Below, in pieces: positions 32,500-42,477 of a stretch of 51,136 nt of DNA. Source of the stretch: Lachnospiraceae bacterium (GTDB taxonomy: Bacteria; Bacillota; Clostridia; Oscillospirales; Acutalibacteraceae); the NCBI GenBank assembly GCA_963597005.1, contig CAVBOS010000001.1:1-51136 (forward strand), in the 5' to 3' direction. Both the position numbers and the translations under genes were made by a program. The notes beneath the pieces are model-generated. The model worked only from the letters and a program-made list of their open reading frames with translations, was not told the DNA's origin and ran no database searches. Numbering within the stretch: the stretch's first letter is position 1; each line of letters opens with the position of its first letter.

Positions 32500-33474
32500 T
32501 CAGAGAAGTGTTCTTCTGAGTTCTTCGCCTGAAAGCGGAGAAAGATAAGCAGGAGCGATGTCAAATACGCTCATAGCACCGCTCTTGCCCTCGTTTGAGA
32601 GCTTATAAGCCGCTCTTGCATAAGCGGTGAGAACGCTTGAAGTAAACTCGGGGTTGGAATCAAGCTTCAGCGAATACTCGATGATGTGCTTGTTTTCGCC
32701 TGTGTTTCCCGAACGGATGACAAATCCGCCGTGAGGAATGCCCGCATGCTTCTCGTTCAATTCTTCCTGAGAGATGAAGTTGACTGTTGTGTCGTAGTCA
32801 GAGAAGTAATTCGGCATGGTCTTGATTTCTTCTTCAATCTTCTTAAGGTCGGCACCCGGTTTCGCAACGACATAGCACTCTCTTGTGTGCTTCTGACGGG
32901 TTGTGAGCTCGGGATTTTCTCCGTTTCTTACGGACTCGATTGCCTCGGGAACAGGAACGGTGTACTGTCTGGCGTCCTGAACGCCCTCGATTCTGCGGAT
33001 GGCGTCGGAGTGCCCCTGAGAAACGCCTCTGCCCCAGAAGGTGTAGTCTTTGCCGTTCGGAAGAATACAGCCTGCCAAAATTCTCTGAAGTGAGAACATA
33101 CCCGGATCCCAGCCGACAGAGATAACGGATACATTATTTCCGCTTTTTGCGGCTTTGTCTACTGCCGCAAAGTACTCTGGAATTTTTGCGTGAGTGTCGA
33201 AGGAATCGATAGTGTTGAACATTTCTGCGAATTTTGGTCCCTGAACAGGAAGATCTGTTGCGCTTCCTCCGCAAAGGATCATTACATCGATTTTCTCCTT
33301 CATCGAGGGAGCGTCGTCAATGTGAAGAACGGGAACATTTTCGCTCTTGATTTTGAGTGAAGACGGGTCTCTTCTTGTGAATACTGCGACAAGCTCCATA
33401 TCGGGAGCGGCATTAACTGCCTTTTCTACGCCACGGCCTAAATTACCGTAGCCGACAATTCCGATTTTAATCAT
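32500..33474 (-). CDS. ddh: meso-diaminopimelate D-dehydrogenase
   Basis: 324 aa. The N-terminal IKIGIVGYGNLGRGVEKA Rossmann motif and the overall pattern match Ddh (for example Corynebacterium and Bacteroides). Confidence 0.85.
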   Translation of the reverse strand: MIKIGIVGYGNLGRGVEKAVNAAPDMELVAVFTRRDPSSLKIKSENVPVLHIDDAPSMKEKIDVMILCGGSATDLPVQGPKFAEMFNTIDSFDTHAKIPEYFAAVDKAAKSGNNVSVISVGWDPGMFSLQRILAGCILPNGKDYTFWGRGVSQGHSDAIRRIEGVQDARQYTVPVPEAIESVRNGENPELTTRQKHTRECYVVAKPGADLKKIEEEIKTMPNYFSDYDTTVNFISQEELNEKHAGIPHGGFVIRSGNTGENKHIIEYSLKLDSNPEFTSSVLTAYARAAYKLSNEGKSGAMSVFDIAPAYLSPLSGEELRRTLL

Positions 33475-33775
33475 GGTTAATCCTTTCTTGGTTGGTATGA
33501 CATAAAAATATATTGATATTGTAGCACAAAAAGCGGACGGTTAGCAACAACAAATCACAGATTGACATAATAACAGATTTTGCGTTTTAGTGCGGTTAAT
33601 TCGCTTGACGGATATATATATTTGATATAAAATGTAATTTGCGTTAATATGGTCAAAATTTGATTAATTGCTGAAAAACGCAAATCGGTTGACAGAGCTT
33701 TGGCAGTATCGTCAGAGGGGGGACTGACTTGTATTTAGCGGCAGAATCTTACTAATAAAACTGAGGAAAAAAGAA

Positions 33776-35197
33776 ATGGTTTTTGCGGATCTGTTTTTTA
33801 TTTACTGCTTTTTGCCGGTGTGCATAATCTGCTACCTTTGTGCCAAAAAGCTCAAGGCAAAGAATATCGTTCTTTGCGTGTTTTCCGTGCTTTTTTATGC
33901 ATGGGGCGAGCCGACATGGGTTTTGCTACTCATATTCAGTTCGGCGTTTAACTGGTTCATCGGACTGCAAATAGGGAAGTATCGGGGCAAGGTTCTATCC
34001 AAATGGATAGTCACGTTCGGCGTTGTGGTCGATATTGCGTTGTTACTTGTCTTTAAGTACACAGGATTCTTTGTCGAGAATATCAATGCGCTTTTCAGAG
34101 CAAGCATTCCTGTTCCGAACATCACGCTTCCTATCGGTATTTCGTTCTTTACGTTCCAGGCTATCTCGTACATAGTCGATTGCTACTGGGATGCGGTCAA
34201 AGTGCAGAAGCATTACTATAAATTCTTGCTTTATCTCTCACTTTTCCCACAGCTTATCGCAGGTCCTATTGTCCGATACAGCGTTATTGAGGAGGAAATC
34301 GACCACAGAACGGTAAGCCCCAACGACCTCTGCGAGGGCTCAATGAGAGTTATTCAGGGACTTGCAAAGAAGGTTATCCTTGCAAACAACCTGAATTCCA
34401 TAGTTGACACATTCTTCGGCTCGGAGCTTGCAAGCGTCTCGGTCATCGGAACATGGTATACGGTTATAGTCTATTCGCTTTATGTTTACTTTGATTTCAG
34501 CGGATACAGTGATATTGCGATAGGACTCGGCAGAATGTTCGGCTTCCACTTTGACGAGAACTTCACTCATCCTTTTGCCTGCAAAACCATTGCCGAGTTC
34601 TGGCAGAGATGGCATATCTCGCTTGGCTCGTTCTTCAGAGATTATCTTCTCTATGTTCCGATTTTCGGCAAGCCCAGAAAATATCTCGGACTTTTCCTCG
34701 TTTGGTTCTGCACGGGTATGTGGCACGGCGCCGCTTGGAACTACATTCTTTGGGGTCTTTATTTTGGCGGCTGGATTTTCTTCGAGCAAAAGCTCGGAAA
34801 GAAGGTTCTCAAGAAGTGGCCGATTTGGTGGAAGCATATTTATTCCAAGCTGATTATCGTAATCGGTTTCGGTATCTTCAAGTTTGAGGATTTGAAGCAA
34901 TTAGGTCAGTTCTTCCTGAATATCACGGGAATCAACATGATAGTGAACAAGGCGGCTTTTTTCGATATGGTAACGCTTTCTAACATGAAGGATAATCTGT
35001 TCCTCGTGCTTGCCGCAATGATTATATCAATGCCCGTGCTTCCCAAGATTAAGAGCTTTGTTCTCGACAACAAGAACCCCACGGTTTATGCTGTCGGCAG
35101 ATTTAGCGCACTGGCAGGCTGTCTTGTACTGCTCGTGGTTGTAAGCGTACTTCTTGTCGATACAACAAACAATGTTTTCCTCTACTTCAGGTTCTAA
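33776..35197 (+). CDS. MBOAT family O-acyltransferase (DltB/AlgI-like)
   Basis: 473 aa, polytopic. Catalytic-His signature FWQRWHISLGSFFRDYLY. Confidence 0.85.
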   Translation: MVFADLFFIYCFLPVCIICYLCAKKLKAKNIVLCVFSVLFYAWGEPTWVLLLIFSSAFNWFIGLQIGKYRGKVLSKWIVTFGVVVDIALLLVFKYTGFFVENINALFRASIPVPNITLPIGISFFTFQAISYIVDCYWDAVKVQKHYYKFLLYLSLFPQLIAGPIVRYSVIEEEIDHRTVSPNDLCEGSMRVIQGLAKKVILANNLNSIVDTFFGSELASVSVIGTWYTVIVYSLYVYFDFSGYSDIAIGLGRMFGFHFDENFTHPFACKTIAEFWQRWHISLGSFFRDYLLYVPIFGKPRKYLGLFLVWFCTGMWHGAAWNYILWGLYFGGWIFFEQKLGKKVLKKWPIWWKHIYSKLIIVIGFGIFKFEDLKQLGQFFLNITGINMIVNKAAFFDMVTLSNMKDNLFLVLAAMIISMPVLPKIKSFVLDNKNPTVYAVGRFSALAGCLVLLVVVSVLLVDTTNNVFLYFRF

Positions 35198-35214
35198 ATA
35201 AAAGGTAATTTTAA

Positions 35215-37122
35215 ATGGACGATAAATTTAACAACAATGCAGGCGGTGAGGATTTGAAAATCGAGGTGAACGACCTCTTCTCGAATTTCACTTCTCAAGA
35301 CGGTGAAAATAAACCCGAAACACCGCCCGTAGATTTTGAGAGTATTAATTTTGATGCTCTCGACAAAAAAGAAGATAACACGGTCAAGGAAGAGGTTTAT
35401 GCCAATACAACCGATAAGGTTGTGGCTTCCTCCGATGATGATTACAGCGACTTTGACTTTGGTGATTTCAATATAGACGATATGCCGGACTACGACAGTC
35501 CGTCCGATTCGGCAGCTTCAAACAGCGGTTCCGGTGCGTCGGACTACGATGATTTTGATTTCGGAGATTTCGAGCTTGACGACGCTCCGAAAAAGCCCAA
35601 AAAGTCACCAAGCGAGAAGAAGAGGAAGCTTTTGGAAATGAGAGTTTCTCTTCTCTCCATGATGATACTCATTCCTTTCTTCTGTTTGGGAATGATATAC
35701 ATGCTGTTTTTCCCGAAGTCCAAGGTTTCGCAGATTGAGAAGAGAACGCTTGCTTCGTTTCCGAGCTTTTCAATCTCAAATTGGTTCTCTGGCAGCTTCA
35801 CGAGCGGAATAAACGAGTGGTTCACCGATACCGTTCCGAACCGTGACGCACTGAAAAATGCGGGCTATGACATAAAGGCTGTTTTCGGCCTTCCGTCAAG
35901 TGACGACGATGTCATTTTCGTCAATAATGCAACCAAGAAAACGGGCGACACCACAACCGAGACAAGTACGGCAGACGAAACAAGCTCGAGCGACGATTCT
36001 GCTTCGGCGGATACATCTTCGACTGAGACAAGCACGACAGAGACCTCGACCGCACAGACGACAGGCGGAACGGAAATTTCCGATGCAACTCTTGACGGCT
36101 CTGCGGGCAGAAGAAGTGTTCACATCAAGATAGGAACAATCGCCGATACCGAGGAGGATCAGACCGACTTCACAAAGCAGGACGACGAGTTCGACTGGTC
36201 GGACGGCCTTATCATCGTTCAGCAGGAAGGTCACTACAGAGTTCTCGGACTTTTCGGAAACGGTGACGATACCTCTTATGTCACAGCTTTAAACGAGCTC
36301 AGAAAAGAGCTTGATTCAAGTATAAATATCTGGAATATGCCGTGTCCGCTTGCAAGTGAATTCTACACCCCGGCGAACGCACTCGAGTACACCGCAAGCC
36401 AGAGCGACCGCTTCGATGAGATTGCGGGAGAGCTCGACAGCGGAATCACATCGCTTAATGTTTGCTCGGTTCTTCAGAAGCACACCGAGGAGGATATTTA
36501 CCTCAGAACAGACCACCACTGGTCACAGCTCGGTGCTTACTACGCAGCGAGAACCTTTGCCGAGGCGGCAGGCGTTGCCTTTGCGGATAAGGATACCTTC
36601 GAGAGCGGCGTGAATGAGGGCTATGTCGGTTCTTATTACGGCTACACTCAGGATTACCGTGTTCTCAATGACCCCGAGGACTTCCCGTGGTGGAAGCAGA
36701 AGGAAGATGTCACAACTTACTACTACGACAGAAACTTCGAGTATCAGTATACGGGAAATCTCTACATGGAGACAGATACCGCAAACTCCTACATTATGTA
36801 TATGGGCGGTGATGACCAGATTGTAAAGGTCACTGGTACCGCAAACAACGGCAGAAAGCTCATCATCGTCAAGGACTCCTACGGCAATGCGGAAATTCCG
36901 TGGTATGTCGCTTCGTTCGATGAAATCTATGTTGTTGACTTAAGATACTTCAACCTGAACTTCGTAGACTTTGTAGAGTTCACGGGTGCAACCGATGTTC
37001 TCTTCAGTATGTGTTCCTACTCCGTTGTCGGCGGAAATGCCGATAACCTCACGACAATGCTCACTCAGAACAAGGGCGCAACCATTGTTGACGAGGCTTT
37101 GACAAGCACAGACACAGATTAA
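35215..37122 (+). CDS. DHHW family protein (AlgX/DltD-like extracytoplasmic acyl-transfer partner) with an acidic cytoplasmic N-tail
   Basis: 635 aa. An acidic N-terminus carries two DFDFGDF motifs. It also has a TM helix and a Thr/Ser linker. The catalytic region contains the eponymous LRTDHHWSQLGAYYAA. Confidence 0.75.
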   Translation: MDDKFNNNAGGEDLKIEVNDLFSNFTSQDGENKPETPPVDFESINFDALDKKEDNTVKEEVYANTTDKVVASSDDDYSDFDFGDFNIDDMPDYDSPSDSAASNSGSGASDYDDFDFGDFELDDAPKKPKKSPSEKKRKLLEMRVSLLSMMILIPFFCLGMIYMLFFPKSKVSQIEKRTLASFPSFSISNWFSGSFTSGINEWFTDTVPNRDALKNAGYDIKAVFGLPSSDDDVIFVNNATKKTGDTTTETSTADETSSSDDSASADTSSTETSTTETSTAQTTGGTEISDATLDGSAGRRSVHIKIGTIADTEEDQTDFTKQDDEFDWSDGLIIVQQEGHYRVLGLFGNGDDTSYVTALNELRKELDSSINIWNMPCPLASEFYTPANALEYTASQSDRFDEIAGELDSGITSLNVCSVLQKHTEEDIYLRTDHHWSQLGAYYAARTFAEAAGVAFADKDTFESGVNEGYVGSYYGYTQDYRVLNDPEDFPWWKQKEDVTTYYYDRNFEYQYTGNLYMETDTANSYIMYMGGDDQIVKVTGTANNGRKLIIVKDSYGNAEIPWYVASFDEIYVVDLRYFNLNFVDFVEFTGATDVLFSMCSYSVVGGNADNLTTMLTQNKGATIVDEALTSTDTD

Positions 37123-37127
37123 GGTGA

Positions 37128-38924
37128 ATGGTGAATAACATGAAAGAACTTGAATATCCGTTTGATTCCGGTTATATAATCAACAAGAAGAAGTCTATAA
37201 AAAAGGCTCTTCTTGCTGACGGAAGCAAGAGAATAAAGAAAAAAATCGCCGTATTCGGCGGTTCCACAACGGCAAATATTGTAAGCATTTTGGAGCTCTT
37301 TTTGCTAAATTACGGTATCGAGCCTGAGTTCTACGAGTCGGAATATGCCCAGTATTTTCAGGACGCTATGTTCCCCGATGATACTCTGCTTAAATTCGAG
37401 CCGGACATAGTATTCGTGCACACCTCTTACAGGAATATCACGAATTTCCCCGCAATGGCAGATTCTGCGGAAGAGGTTGACGCTAAATTTAACACGGAGT
37501 GTGAGAAGTTCCGTGCCATGTGGCAGAGCATTAAAGAAAAATTCCACTGCCCGATAATTCAGAACAACTTCGAGATGCCGCTTTATCGACTTCTCGGAAA
37601 CCGTGACGCTTGGGATATTCACGGCAGAGTGAATTTCATCACAAGACTTAACGATTATTTCTATTCCTACGCAAGAGAGAACGAGAGCTTCTACATCAAC
37701 GATCTCAACTTCATCTCTGCCGACTACGGTCTCAAGGAGTGGTCTAATCCGCTTTTCTGGAATATGTATAAGTACGCTATGTGTTTTGAGGGCATTCCGT
37801 CATTCTCGTTCAGCGTTGCCAATATCATAAAGTCGATTTTCGGCAAGAACAAGAAGGCACTCGCACTTGACCTTGACAACACCCTTTGGGGCGGCGTTGT
37901 CGGTGATGACGGCGTAGACGGAATCGAAATCGGACAGGAAACGGGAGTCAGCCAGTCTTACTATGAGTTCCAGAGCTATGTTAAGGAGCTCAAGCAGCTC
38001 GGCATTGTTCTCACGGTCTGCTCGAAGAACGATCACGAAAATGCCATTGTAGGACTTAATCACCCCGAGGGCGCACTAAAGCCCGATGATTTTGTTATCA
38101 TCAAGGCTAACTGGGAGAACAAGGACAGAAATATCGCTGAGACTGCGGCAGAGCTCAATATCGGTCAGGATGCGATAGTTTTCGCTGACGATAACCCAGC
38201 CGAGAGAGCAATTGTTTCCGCTCAGATAAGCGGCTGTGCCGTACCTGAGATGGATGGCGTCGAGAACTACATCAACACAATCGACCGTTCGGGATTTTTC
38301 GAGGTGACAAGCTTCACCGCCGATGACCTCAAGCGCGGCGATATGTACAAGAAGAATGTTCTCCGCAATCAGCAAATGGCTTCGTTCGGAGATTACGGCG
38401 AGTATCTTAAGAGCCTCGAGATGGTCGGCGAGATTGCCGATTTCAAGCCTGTTTATATCGCAAGAATAACCCAGCTCACAAATAAGTCGAACCAGTTCAA
38501 CGTGACAACCAAGAGATATACTCCGACAGAAATGGAAGAGGTTTTCGAGAGTGATGAGTATATCAGACTTTACGGAAAGCTTATCGATAAGTTTGGCGAT
38601 AACGGCGTTGTTTCCGTTGTAATCGGAAAGAAGGACGGAAAAAACCTCAATATGGATTTGTGGCTTATGTCGTGCCGTGTCCTCAAGCGTGATATGGAGC
38701 TTGCCATGCTCGATAAGCTTGTCGAAAAGGCAAAGGCTCAGGGCATCGAGAAGATCACGGGATATTATTATCCGACCGCCAAGAACAAGATGGTTAAAGA
38801 TCTTTACGGCACATTCGGATTTGATAAGGTAAGCGAGGACGAGGACGGAAATTCCGTCTGGACGCTCGATATCACAAATTACGAGAACAAAAATAAATAT
38901 ATTGAAGTAAAAGAAGAAATCTAA
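37128..38924 (+). CDS. FkbH-like HAD-IIIC family protein
   Basis: 598 aa. HAD-IIIC motif ALDLDNTLWGGVVGDDG, then CSKNDHENA and FADDNPAER. The start may instead be the ATG at 37140. Confidence 0.75.
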   Translation: MVNNMKELEYPFDSGYIINKKKSIKKALLADGSKRIKKKIAVFGGSTTANIVSILELFLLNYGIEPEFYESEYAQYFQDAMFPDDTLLKFEPDIVFVHTSYRNITNFPAMADSAEEVDAKFNTECEKFRAMWQSIKEKFHCPIIQNNFEMPLYRLLGNRDAWDIHGRVNFITRLNDYFYSYARENESFYINDLNFISADYGLKEWSNPLFWNMYKYAMCFEGIPSFSFSVANIIKSIFGKNKKALALDLDNTLWGGVVGDDGVDGIEIGQETGVSQSYYEFQSYVKELKQLGIVLTVCSKNDHENAIVGLNHPEGALKPDDFVIIKANWENKDRNIAETAAELNIGQDAIVFADDNPAERAIVSAQISGCAVPEMDGVENYINTIDRSGFFEVTSFTADDLKRGDMYKKNVLRNQQMASFGDYGEYLKSLEMVGEIADFKPVYIARITQLTNKSNQFNVTTKRYTPTEMEEVFESDEYIRLYGKLIDKFGDNGVVSVVIGKKDGKNLNMDLWLMSCRVLKRDMELAMLDKLVEKAKAQGIEKITGYYYPTAKNKMVKDLYGTFGFDKVSEDEDGNSVWTLDITNYENKNKYIEVKEEI

Positions 38925-38936
38925 CGGAGGATTACC

Positions 38937-39182
38937 ATGGACGCAAAGGTTCTTTTTACAAGATTAAACAGAGTTTTTCAGGATGTTTTTGATGATAACA
39001 GCATCAGAATCACTCCCAAGACAACAGCAAACGATATTGACGACTGGGATTCACTCGAGCATATCACACTCATCTCCGCTGTTGAGAGAGAGTTTGGCAT
39101 GAAGTTCAAAATGGGTGAGATTTCTTCCATGAAGAATGTCGGCGAAATGGCTCAGATTATCAATCACAGAGCAACAAAGTAA
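38937..39182 (+). CDS. acyl/peptidyl carrier protein
   Basis: 81 aa with GGAGGA SD. Phosphopantetheine-attachment context DIDDWDSLEHITLISAVE. Confidence 0.75.
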   Translation: MDAKVLFTRLNRVFQDVFDDNSIRITPKTTANDIDDWDSLEHITLISAVEREFGMKFKMGEISSMKNVGEMAQIINHRATK

Positions 39183-39196
39183 AAAACATAAAAATT

Positions 39197-39226
39197 AAGG
39201 GTGCCAAACCGGCACCCTTTTCTTTT
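39197..39226. terminator. bidirectional terminator between the carrier-protein gene and the convergent ligase gene
   Basis: Stem AAGGGTGCC / GGCACCCTT followed by TTTCTTTT. Confidence 0.7.
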
Positions 39227-39241
39227 GCGTATTTCAGATTG

Positions 39242-40900
39242 TCAGGTTCTTTTGAGCTCACCTGTTTTGAGGTCTTCCTCTGCAATGCGTCTGAGCTCTG
39301 CTCTTTTCTTCTTTCCCGTCGGAGTATATGGGAGAGAGTCAACGATTTTTATGTATCTCGGACGCTTGTAGGCGGATAAATCAGGATGAACATGGCAGAA
39401 AGCGGAAATATCCTCTGCGGTTACACTCGGGTCAGTGACTTTCACATAAGCCGCAACAGCCTGACCGCGAAGCTTATCCGACACACCGATTACTATGCAG
39501 TCATCCACCTTTTCGTGCTCAAGGATTGCGTTCTCGACCTGCGTGGGGTAGATGTTTTCGGCGGCACAAACTATCATATCGTCTTTTCTGCCCTTGATTG
39601 TTATGTAGCCGTTCTCGTCCCATACGCCCAAATCACCCGTGTACATCCAGCCGGAATAGAATTTCTTTTCTGCTTCCTCCGGAGCGTTATAGTAGGTGTA
39701 GGTTCCCTTTGCGGGACTCCAAATGATTATCTCGCCGAGAGCTTCACCGTCCTTCTCGACTGTCTCGGACGGTTCGGCTTTTCTGTCGTCATAGACCTTG
39801 ACAACTCTTGTTTCGTCATCAATGCAGCTGCCGCCGACCGTGCCGGCAAATTCAGGCAAGTCAAACGGTCTTAAGAAGCTGTTCCAGAAGGTCTCTGTTG
39901 TGCCGTAGCCGTTGAAAATTCTCGGAGTGAGAGTTTTCATGTACTCCTCGCAGGCGTGCTTTTCGAGCGGCGCACCCATGGTGACAAGTCCACGAAGCGA
40001 GCTTAAATCAAATCCGTGCTTTTTCTGCGCTCTTGCGAGCATCTCGAGGGTTGACGGCGCACCCATAAGATAGGTGATGCCAAGCTCCTCAGTCCATTTG
40101 AGGCACATTTTAGGCTGGAAATTTCTCAGAACTGTGACAGCCGCACCGACATAAAGGCTGGGGCCGGGGCCACCGCTGTGCGCTCCTCCTCGGTGGAACC
40201 ACGGGGTCATGTTCATGGTGATGTCGTTAGGCTCAAGCGGATACTGCATTATGACATCGTGAGCGGAGAGAACCTCGTTGATATCGTTTATCGGACAGCT
40301 TTTCGGAAGTGCTGTTGTTCCCGATGTGCAAAGTCTCAAGACCTCGTCATAAATATGAGAAACAAAGTCTTTTTTGGGATTTTCTTCCGATATGTTTTTA
40401 ACATAGTCATCATATGAGAAATGTCCTGTCGGCATGTCTAAGCCCTTGAGGTTATCTACCATGATGAGTACCTTCGGAGGATTTTTTGCGAGAGAAACCG
40501 CCTCGACTATCATGTCTCTGTGCTCTGCGGAATAGAGGAAAGCCTTTGGCTTGTTGTGGTCGATCAGCTTTGCCATTTCTCCCGGAGCAAGGTTAAAGTT
40601 GGCTGGGTTGAGAATAGCTCCGATTTTTCTCGGGCCGATGTAAGAGAATACAAATTCGGGGCAATTGAGCATTGCCGACATGACAACATCGTTCTTGCCG
40701 ACGCCGTCTGCTTTCAGTGCGTTCGCAAGGCGGTTAGCCTCCTTGTTCAGCTCATTATAAGTCCATTTTCTTTCGGTCAGCGGATCGAGAACGGCGGTTC
40801 TTTTTGGGTATCTTGCGACGTTTCGCATAAAGCCGTTCAGCCATGTGTATTCATGCTCGAATGTTTCTATGAACATCTTATCGTCATAGGTTCTTGCCAT
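39242..40900 (-). CDS. AMP-dependent synthetase/ligase (class I adenylate-forming enzyme)
   Basis: 552 aa. A3 motif LCTSGTTALPKSC, A5-like YGTTE, A7 YTGDLG, A8 GRKDDMI and A10 PTGKKKR. Confidence 0.85.
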   Translation of the reverse strand: MARTYDDKMFIETFEHEYTWLNGFMRNVARYPKRTAVLDPLTERKWTYNELNKEANRLANALKADGVGKNDVVMSAMLNCPEFVFSYIGPRKIGAILNPANFNLAPGEMAKLIDHNKPKAFLYSAEHRDMIVEAVSLAKNPPKVLIMVDNLKGLDMPTGHFSYDDYVKNISEENPKKDFVSHIYDEVLRLCTSGTTALPKSCPINDINEVLSAHDVIMQYPLEPNDITMNMTPWFHRGGAHSGGPGPSLYVGAAVTVLRNFQPKMCLKWTEELGITYLMGAPSTLEMLARAQKKHGFDLSSLRGLVTMGAPLEKHACEEYMKTLTPRIFNGYGTTETFWNSFLRPFDLPEFAGTVGGSCIDDETRVVKVYDDRKAEPSETVEKDGEALGEIIIWSPAKGTYTYYNAPEEAEKKFYSGWMYTGDLGVWDENGYITIKGRKDDMIVCAAENIYPTQVENAILEHEKVDDCIVIGVSDKLRGQAVAAYVKVTDPSVTAEDISAFCHVHPDLSAYKRPRYIKIVDSLPYTPTGKKKRAELRRIAEEDLKTGELKRT

Positions 40901-41024
40901 AGTTTTCTCCTTAAGTGTGTTTGAATATATTCTAAAATTGCATTGACATCAAAAATAATTAGTTTCGTTAACTATTTTAGCAACGACACGGGTTTTTGTC
41001 AATATATTTTGGCATTTGGGGCGG

Positions 41025-41056
41025 ACAAAAAAGAGCCCCCGTCTGCGGGAGCTCTC
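41025..41056 (-). terminator. probable terminator downstream of the 41093 CDS
   Basis: The minus strand reads GAGAGCTCCCGCAGACGGGGGCTCTTTTTTGT, an imperfect GC-rich hairpin plus T6. Confidence 0.5.
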
Positions 41057-41092
41057 AAAAATGCGAAATTTTGACTTAATATAACTTGTGAA

Positions 41093-41347
41093 TCAAACCT
41101 CGAGAGGCACGCTGTTTTCGTCCTCGCCGAGAATATCCTCAAGGGAAAGGGCTGAGTTGTCTGCCTTTAGCAGCAGAGAGTCGTCGCCTTCACGGTTTTT
41201 GTAATCCGTTGCGCTTATTGACTCCTTGTCAATTCCTGAATAGGTGATGGTCGTGTCTGACGGCTGAATCTCGAAAACGCATCCCACGATTGCGGCTGAT
41301 ATCATAACGAATACAGCGGTCAGAATAAATGCACATTTCTTAGTCAA
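41093..41347 (-). CDS. small secreted or lipoprotein-like protein
   Basis: 84 aa. The N-terminal hydrophobic segment ends in AAIVGC (lipobox-like), and the C-terminal part is acidic. Confidence 0.45.
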   Translation of the reverse strand: MTKKCAFILTAVFVMISAAIVGCVFEIQPSDTTITYSGIDKESISATDYKNREGDDSLLLKADNSALSLEDILGEDENSVPLEV

Positions 41348-41650
41348 AGTTGATCATTCCTTTCTCTGTAGCTTCAAATAAAAGAGTAACTGAAATCTAC
41401 AAGTTAATTATCCCATAAAAGCGACAAAAAATCCGCAGAAAAAGGCAAAACTTTTGCAAAATCAGCAAAACGGGCAACAGTAAAAATGACCAAAATTCAT
41501 TTTTGTTTACAGCCTGTTAATTTTTGACGGGATTTATTGTGATACAATTGAACCATAGTGTTTATGTAAGTGTTCCTCGTCAGCCGATAGGGCGGGGAAC
41601 GCTCTGCGTTTTGAGAAGGAAAGCCTCTCAAATGCGATAGGAGTGGGATA

Positions 41651-42433
41651 ATGGAGAAAAAAAGATCGAGACTTTATAAGGGTGCGGTAAGAATTCTCAG
41701 AAGATTTTATAAGGCGCCCGAGCTCATCGGAACCGAGAATATACCCGAAAAAGGGGCAATGCTTGTCGGTAATCATTCTAAGACGAACGGCCCGATTATC
41801 AGCCAGCTTTATTTGCCCGGAAAGAACACAACATGGTGCATAGGTCAGATTTTCACAAAGGAAGAATGCAGAAAATATACCTACAAGGATTTTTGGTCGA
41901 AAAAGCCGAAAGCCGTGAGATGGATATATAAAATTCTTTCTGCGATTATAGCGGCGCCGCTGTCGAATATGATAAATTCATGCGACTTAGTGCCTGTTTA
42001 TCACGATTCCAGATTGCGTTTTACATTCAGAACGGCTGTGGAGAGTTTGAAGGACGGCAACAATGTTGTTTTTCCCGAGCAAAATATTCCGCACAACAAT
42101 ATTGTGTATGAATTTCAGGATAAATTTGTCGATACGGCAAAGTATTACTACAAAAAGACAGGCGAAAAGCTGAAGTTTGTTCCGATGTATATCGCTCCGA
42201 GACTGCACAAGGTTATTTTCGGAAAGCCAATAGAATTTAACCCCGACGCACCGATAGCAGAGGAGAGAACCCGTATCTGCGAATACCTTATGAACGAGAT
42301 AAGCGAAACGGCTTATTCGCTTCCAAGGCACACCGTTGTGCCCTATCCGAATATTCCCTCGAGAGAGTATCCGCAAAACATAAGAGAGGAGGCGGTAGTA
42401 TCAGAAAGCCTGAGGTCGATTACAGAAAGCTGA
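41651..42433 (+). CDS. lysophospholipid (PlsC-type) acyltransferase family protein with atypical HX4D
   Basis: 260 aa. The acyltransferase block reads MLVGNHSKTNGPII, so His is present but the +5 residue is Gly rather than Asp. The later VFPEQN block is typical. Confidence 0.55.
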   Translation: MEKKRSRLYKGAVRILRRFYKAPELIGTENIPEKGAMLVGNHSKTNGPIISQLYLPGKNTTWCIGQIFTKEECRKYTYKDFWSKKPKAVRWIYKILSAIIAAPLSNMINSCDLVPVYHDSRLRFTFRTAVESLKDGNNVVFPEQNIPHNNIVYEFQDKFVDTAKYYYKKTGEKLKFVPMYIAPRLHKVIFGKPIEFNPDAPIAEERTRICEYLMNEISETAYSLPRHTVVPYPNIPSREYPQNIREEAVVSESLRSITES

Positions 42434-42477
42434 GACTAAATAACATAACAAGTCCCGAATATTCGCATCTTCTGCTT

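Noticed and set aside
41534-41776. An 80-aa minus-strand ORF overlapping the start of the acyltransferase gene.
   Set aside because: It has no SD and no recognisable features, and it overlaps the well-supported plus-strand CDS and its upstream region.
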